From: a virus
DNA: 43,925 nucleotides
Reading direction: 5' to 3' (one strand)
Virus record (IMG/VR): IMGVR_UViG_3300044771_000011
Location: 1-43,925 of that record
The notes beneath the pieces are model-generated. The model made no database searches and was not told the origin of the DNA. It saw nothing but the letters and a program-made list of their open reading frames with translations. Shown one piece after another: positions 39,537 through 43,925 of the stretch (the stretch's first letter is position 1; each line of letters starts with the position of its first letter). Made by a program: the position numbers and the translations under genes.

Positions 39537-40928
39537 ATGGCAACAACAACAGTGCTAACAATCCCCTACAAGCCACGATTCCCCATGACAGACATACATG
39601 AGCAACTAGAATCGCACAGGTTCAACGTATTAGTAGCACATAGACGTATGGGTAAGTCAGTAGGAACTATTAATCATGCAATAAAGATGTCCCTTAAAAA
39701 CAAACTATGGCAACCTAGATATGCTTATATAGCACCCTATAGGAATCAGGCTAAATTGATTATCTGGGATTACCTAAAGAAGTATACAGGCGGCATACCA
39801 AAGGTTAAGTTCAATGAGTCTGAGTTGTATGCTGAATTCCTTGATAGAAGGATTTATTTGTTTGGTGCTGACAATCCTGATGCCATTCGTGGTGCTTACT
39901 GGGACGGTGTTGTACTTGATGAATACGCGCAGATTAAACCGGAAGTATGGGGCGAGATTATAATGCCTGCTTTGCTTGATAGACAGGGGTGGGCTGTGTT
40001 CAGTGGTACTCCAAAAGGACAGAATCACTTCTATGATGCAACACTTACAGCGCAGAAGTTAATGAGTGAGGGAGATCCTAATTGGTGGTGTGGGATATAC
40101 CGAGCTGATGAAACCGGTGTTATGTCTGATACTGATCTAGAATTGGCAAGGAAAATAACTTCTGAAAATCAATATCGACAAGAGTTCTTATGCGATTTCA
40201 CCGCTTCTTCTGAAAATATATTAATTACTATTGATCTTGTTACTGATGCTGCTAGAAAAGAAATGAGACCAGAACAAATCTTAGGAGCTCCTAGGGTATT
40301 AGGAATTGATGTTGCTAGGTACGGAGGAGATAAATCAGTAATCTTTAGACGACAAGGATTGCAAGCTTTCAACCCTAAGATATTTGATAAAATTGACAAC
40401 ATGACATTTGCTGGGCGTATTGCTAATGAAATACAAGAATTTAAACCTGATGCTGTGTTTATTGACGCTGGTCGTGGCGAGGGTGTTATTGATAGATTAA
40501 GACAACTAGGATACAGTGTAACAGAGGTAAACTTTGGTGGTACTGCCTTAAATCATAACCACTACGAGAATAGGCGTTCTGAGATGTGGGATCTTCTAAA
40601 ACAATGGCTAGAGTCTGGTGGATGTATACCTAACGAATCACAACTTAAAAGCGAGTTGGTAACACCTTCGTATTCTTTAAATAAAAGAGATAAATTTCAG
40701 TTAGAGTCAAAAGATGATATTAAGAAAAGGTTAGGAAATTCGCCAGATTTAGCGGATGCCCTAGCCTTAACTTTTGCCATGCCAGTTGCATCTAGTGCAG
40801 ATGTTGGTAGTTATTCAAACAAACTGCACTTTGCTAATGCGGGATATAACCCCATTCAAAGAAACAATAATTCAAGACATTTTGCCAATTCTTCATACAA
40901 CCCAATTCAAAGTAAAAGGAGGAGATAA
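39537..40928 (+). CDS. terL: Terminase large subunit
   Basis: Walker A VAHRRMGKSVGT and Walker B VVLDEYAQ. C-terminal nuclease-region acidic residues IDVARYGGD and FIDAGRGEG. 463 aa. Confidence 0.85.
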   Translation: MATTTVLTIPYKPRFPMTDIHEQLESHRFNVLVAHRRMGKSVGTINHAIKMSLKNKLWQPRYAYIAPYRNQAKLIIWDYLKKYTGGIPKVKFNESELYAEFLDRRIYLFGADNPDAIRGAYWDGVVLDEYAQIKPEVWGEIIMPALLDRQGWAVFSGTPKGQNHFYDATLTAQKLMSEGDPNWWCGIYRADETGVMSDTDLELARKITSENQYRQEFLCDFTASSENILITIDLVTDAARKEMRPEQILGAPRVLGIDVARYGGDKSVIFRRQGLQAFNPKIFDKIDNMTFAGRIANEIQEFKPDAVFIDAGRGEGVIDRLRQLGYSVTEVNFGGTALNHNHYENRRSEMWDLLKQWLESGGCIPNESQLKSELVTPSYSLNKRDKFQLESKDDIKKRLGNSPDLADALALTFAMPVASSADVGSYSNKLHFANAGYNPIQRNNNSRHFANSSYNPIQSKRRR

Positions 40929-40929
40929 C

Positions 40930-41178
40930 ATGTGTGGAATAATCGGAACTTTACTAGGTGGTCTTTTAGGACAAAAATCAACTAATGTATCAACACCTAC
41001 AATAACAGCACCACCGACATCTGTTGACGTTACAAGCGGAACAGAATCATTAGAAGCTGGTAAATCTGCAAAACAGAAAGCGGCATCGGCTACAGGATAT
41101 CAATCAACGGTGAAAACATCTTCTAGTGGTGATACCTCAACAGCAACAACTAACAAGAAAGCGCTATTGGGTGGTTAA
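40930..41178 (+). CDS. Small S/T-rich protein with a glycine-zipper N-terminus
   Basis: AAAGGAGGAGA SD. N-terminus MCGIIGTLLGGLLGQ. 82 aa. The track's longer ORF overlaps terL without an SD. Confidence 0.45.
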   Translation: MCGIIGTLLGGLLGQKSTNVSTPTITAPPTSVDVTSGTESLEAGKSAKQKAASATGYQSTVKTSSSGDTSTATTNKKALLGG

Positions 41179-41180
41179 TT

Positions 41181-42866
41181 ATGGATGAAATAAAAAAAAC
41201 AGAAAACGTAAACAGACAACATAAATGTTTATTCGATGAATTTGAAAAGTGGAAACCTTTATTTATGGACGTAAGGGACTTCATTAACCCTTATATTGGA
41301 TACTTTGATGGGGAAGAAGTTAACAGTGGATTAAGAAATGATGAAGAAATGCTTCGCACTATGCCAATTAAATACAGTCACGTCTTGGCTGCGGGTCTTC
41401 AATGGGGTATTACCTCACCTACAAGACCTTGGGTGAAGTTTGCTTTTAAGAATGCTAAAGTAATGCAAAGTTCGGCTGTTCTTACCTGGTTAAATGATGT
41501 TAGTAATACCTGCCTTGACATTTTGTTTAAAGGTGGATTTTATCCTGAGAATCATCAATTTTACTTAGAATTAGGGGTGTTTAATACTGCTGCAATGCTG
41601 ATCGAAGAAGATGACGAGACGGTTATCAACTGTAGAACATTTACAATAGGTGAGTTTGCTATTGGACTTGATAGTAAAAAACGTCCTAATCAATTTGCAA
41701 GAAATATTGAGATGACACCTTTCCAGATTGTAGAAAAATTTGGTATTGATAATGTTCCCGATAATGTTAAGCGTTGTTATGAAGACAAAAATTACAACAA
41801 AACGATATGTGTAAAGCATTTAATTTGTCCTAATTCGTACTATGATGAACAAAAAATAGACAACGATTCAATGAAATTTAGTGATTATTACTGGATGGCA
41901 GGACAAAAACCTGGTGAGTTTCTTAAAAAAGGTGGATTTAATGAATTCCCTGTAATGGTAGAACGATATCAGACAAAGGGTGCTGATGTTTATGGAACTG
42001 GTCCTGGTATATGGTCCCTAGGTGATGCAAAACAAATACAGTTGATGTGGCGTGATATATGTACAGCAGCAGAATTAAGTGTTAAACCTGCTATACAAGC
42101 ACCATCCGACATTATGAAAAATGGTGGAATTAATATGTTGCCTGCGGGGGCTAACTACTATAATCCTACTGGCGGTTCTGATGGTAAAATAACTACCGTA
42201 TTTCAGCCTACGTTAGATATGCGTGCTGCTTCCGAAATTCAAACAGCTATTGAAGAATGTATAAAAGAGCATTTTAATACTAAGGTATTCCAACTATTGT
42301 CTGATATGGAAAAAGGAACAAGAACAGCAAGAGAAGTTATCGAATTATCTTCTGAAAAAATGTCACAAATGGGTCCATTACTTGAAAGGTTACAAACTGG
42401 ATACCTACCGCAAGTCATTAATAGGGTAATCGCAATAGGTTTTAGAGCGGGAGTATTTCCACCACCACCCCCTGAAATTGAAGGAATGGAAATGGATATA
42501 GAATATGTGTCTATCCTCTCGCAAGCGCAGAAACAGTATGTAATTACTCCAATTATGGATACTGTGAATCAGGTTATTGACATGGCATTAAAAACTCAAT
42601 TACCTGAAATATTGGATAAAGTTAACTTTGATGAAGTTACAGATCAACTTGGTGGTTTGAATGGTGTTCCTCCGTCAATTTTATTCTCTGATGAATATGT
42701 TGAATCGGTAAGGAAAGCGCGAGCCCAACAGCAGGCACAAATCAACGCAGTACAACAAGGAATGACCGCAGCGCAGGGAGCTAAAACGTTAGCAGGGGCA
42801 GACACTTCAGGGAATAACGCATTAACCGCCCTTCTTGGTGGTCCGTCAGGTGGTTTACAACAATGA
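41181..42866 (+). CDS. Portal (head-to-tail connector) protein, podovirus type
   Basis: 561 aa, placed after terL. The size and the Q/A-rich C-terminal tail are typical of T7 gp8-like connectors. Confidence 0.75.
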   Translation: MDEIKKTENVNRQHKCLFDEFEKWKPLFMDVRDFINPYIGYFDGEEVNSGLRNDEEMLRTMPIKYSHVLAAGLQWGITSPTRPWVKFAFKNAKVMQSSAVLTWLNDVSNTCLDILFKGGFYPENHQFYLELGVFNTAAMLIEEDDETVINCRTFTIGEFAIGLDSKKRPNQFARNIEMTPFQIVEKFGIDNVPDNVKRCYEDKNYNKTICVKHLICPNSYYDEQKIDNDSMKFSDYYWMAGQKPGEFLKKGGFNEFPVMVERYQTKGADVYGTGPGIWSLGDAKQIQLMWRDICTAAELSVKPAIQAPSDIMKNGGINMLPAGANYYNPTGGSDGKITTVFQPTLDMRAASEIQTAIEECIKEHFNTKVFQLLSDMEKGTRTAREVIELSSEKMSQMGPLLERLQTGYLPQVINRVIAIGFRAGVFPPPPPEIEGMEMDIEYVSILSQAQKQYVITPIMDTVNQVIDMALKTQLPEILDKVNFDEVTDQLGGLNGVPPSILFSDEYVESVRKARAQQQAQINAVQQGMTAAQGAKTLAGADTSGNNALTALLGGPSGGLQQ

Positions 42867-43222
42867 TAAAACAAGAAGAACCAATATTAAATCTAAAAGA
42901 AAAAATGAGAGAGAAACTTGACGAACAAAATTTAATTGATTTAAAAGCCATTATGAATACTGAACACGGAAGACGAGTATTTAGTTACCTTATTCAGAAT
43001 TGCGGTTATAAAGATTCGCAACCTTTAGGAAATAGTAAAGACTTCTTTAATTCAGGGCGTAGGAGTGTTGCAGTAGAATTAATAGCTGCATGTGATGCCT
43101 TGGGTATGTATGGACCAGATCGCATGATAGGGGTTGATTTAAGACTTCAAGCAGAGAGAGAGTATATAGTTCACCAATGGAATGTAATGCAAAATATTAT
43201 AAAGGGTGGTGAAAAGAAATAG
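42863..43222 (+). CDS. Hypothetical head-module protein (Bbp19-like?)
   Basis: ATGA overlap with the portal gene. TEHGRRVFSYLIQNCGY...NSGRRSVAVELI resembles a small conserved protein found after the portal in BPP-1-like phages. Recalled from memory, tentative. Confidence 0.4.
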   Translation: MIKQEEPILNLKEKMREKLDEQNLIDLKAIMNTEHGRRVFSYLIQNCGYKDSQPLGNSKDFFNSGRRSVAVELIAACDALGMYGPDRMIGVDLRLQAEREYIVHQWNVMQNIIKGGEKK

Positions 43223-43227
43223 ATACA

Positions 43228-43635
43228 TTGAATGTATATAATCCCACATTGAAATCAGTAGAGTCGGTAATTAGTGAAGAAAAGAGCATAAATGATTATG
43301 TATCTTATCCAATGTCGGCAGTTTCGGTAAATGTGGAAACTACTTTAACGCAAGCAGGAGTAGAAGGGAAAAGTTGGTATATTTCTTATGCTAATTGGCG
43401 TGTTAGCGGAACCGCGGTTGTTGGTGCAACAAATTTAGCTATTACAATTAGTGACGGTGCTACAGTAATTTATAGGAGTGCAATCCCTAATGGATCTATA
43501 AATGGTACAAATTTGCACGTGTCTTGGGCACATCCAATAAAAATAACTGCTGGTAATAGTATTACATATACAATCGCAAGTCCCAATAATGCTGGTTGTG
43601 TTATATATGCGAATATGGGTCTATTACAAAAGTAA
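43228..43635 (+). CDS. Hypothetical beta-rich head-module protein
   Basis: 135-aa ORF. TTG start with poor SD spacing, so the start is uncertain. Confidence 0.4.
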   Translation: MNVYNPTLKSVESVISEEKSINDYVSYPMSAVSVNVETTLTQAGVEGKSWYISYANWRVSGTAVVGATNLAITISDGATVIYRSAIPNGSINGTNLHVSWAHPIKITAGNSITYTIASPNNAGCVIYANMGLLQK

Positions 43636-43702
43636 GGGGGTGATTGCATGGGAAACCATGCGCAATGATAAATGGATATATTAAATAAAGGAAGGTGAGT
43701 AT

Positions 43703-43831
43703 ATGCCATTAAAATCAGGTTCAAGTAAATCTGTAATAGCTTCTAATATCAAAAAGGAAATGCACTCTGGTAAAAGCCAAGCACAAAGTGTAGCAATCGC
43801 AATGAGCAAAGCCGGTAAATCTAAAAAGTAA
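43703..43831 (+). CDS. Small basic protein (42 aa) with a QSVAIAMSKAG motif
   Basis: GGAAGGTGAG SD. Peptide MPLKSGSSKSVIASNIKKEMHSGKSQAQSVAIAMSKAGKSKK. Its 3-prime end lies in the terminal repeat. Confidence 0.5.
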   Translation: MPLKSGSSKSVIASNIKKEMHSGKSQAQSVAIAMSKAGKSKK

Positions 43832-43925
43832 CAAGCAACTATCAAATGGTAGTTGCTTTTCTTATACCTATTTTTAAGGAGGAATGACATATGCCAGACG
43901 AAATAACCGAATCGACACAGGATAA
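43799..43925. repeat. Terminal direct repeat, copy 2 (identical to 1-127)
   Basis: Exact 127-nt match to the start of the window. Confidence 0.95.
43833..43863 (+). terminator. Rho-independent terminator before the scaffold/capsid genes
   Basis: AAGCAACTA, 8-nt loop, TAGTTGCTT, then TTTTCTT. Confidence 0.6.

Noticed and set aside
40930-40950. MCGII N-terminus resembling class-II glutamine amidotransferase (Ntn) N-termini
   Set aside because: The protein is only 82 aa and S/T-rich, with no amidotransferase fold. The resemblance is limited to four residues.

Overview
This window is a complete tailed-phage genome. Bases 1-127 are identical to 43799-43925, so the contig closes on itself with about 43798 bp of unique sequence. 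By eye it is AT-rich, uses strong AGGAGG-type ribosome-binding sites, and carries all but five small genes on the + strand.

Modules, in order (packaging and early head genes sit at the right end and wrap around to position 1):
- Packaging: TerS at 37.5 kb, a 1.6-kb insert, TerL at 39.5 kb, portal at 41.2 kb.
- Virion genes in T7/BPP-1-like podovirus order (0.1-16.8 kb): scaffold, major capsid, adaptor, nozzle, three internal ejection proteins including a 1720-aa giant and a muramidase-domain protein, then fibres.
- Lysis cassette (17.0-18.6 kb): XhlA-like protein, holin-like protein, single-domain M15 peptidase, and two almost fully overlapping membrane ORFs.
- A terminator-bounded plasmid-like module (18.8-21.4 kb): structured leader, GIY-YIG protein, initiator with in-gene iterons, ProQ/FinO protein, and an alpha-CTD-like domain behind an in-frame TAA.
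- Many small early genes (21.4-25.1 kb).
- A noncoding island with a promoter-to-terminator RNA candidate (25.1-25.9 kb).
- Immunity switch (25.9-27.5 kb): short XRE repressor on the - strand, Cro-like HTH, Bro-N/KilAC antirepressor.
- Recombination and replication genes (28.6-34.5 kb): Gp157-like, Rad52-like annealase, SSB, replisome organiser, DnaB-type helicase, RuvC-like resolvase.
- An ArpU-type late regulator at 36 kb.

I could not see an integrase, tRNA, CRISPR array or reverse transcriptase.

The candidates I rate highest for novelty are:
- the ProQ/FinO-TAA-alpha-CTD arrangement;
- the overlapped spanin-like ORF pair, which implies a diderm host;
- the plasmid-type replicon sitting where an integration module normally lies;
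- the terminator/antiterminator leader in front of that module;
- the RepL-like cassette that splits TerS from TerL.

All family assignments come from motif recognition by eye. No database search was run.
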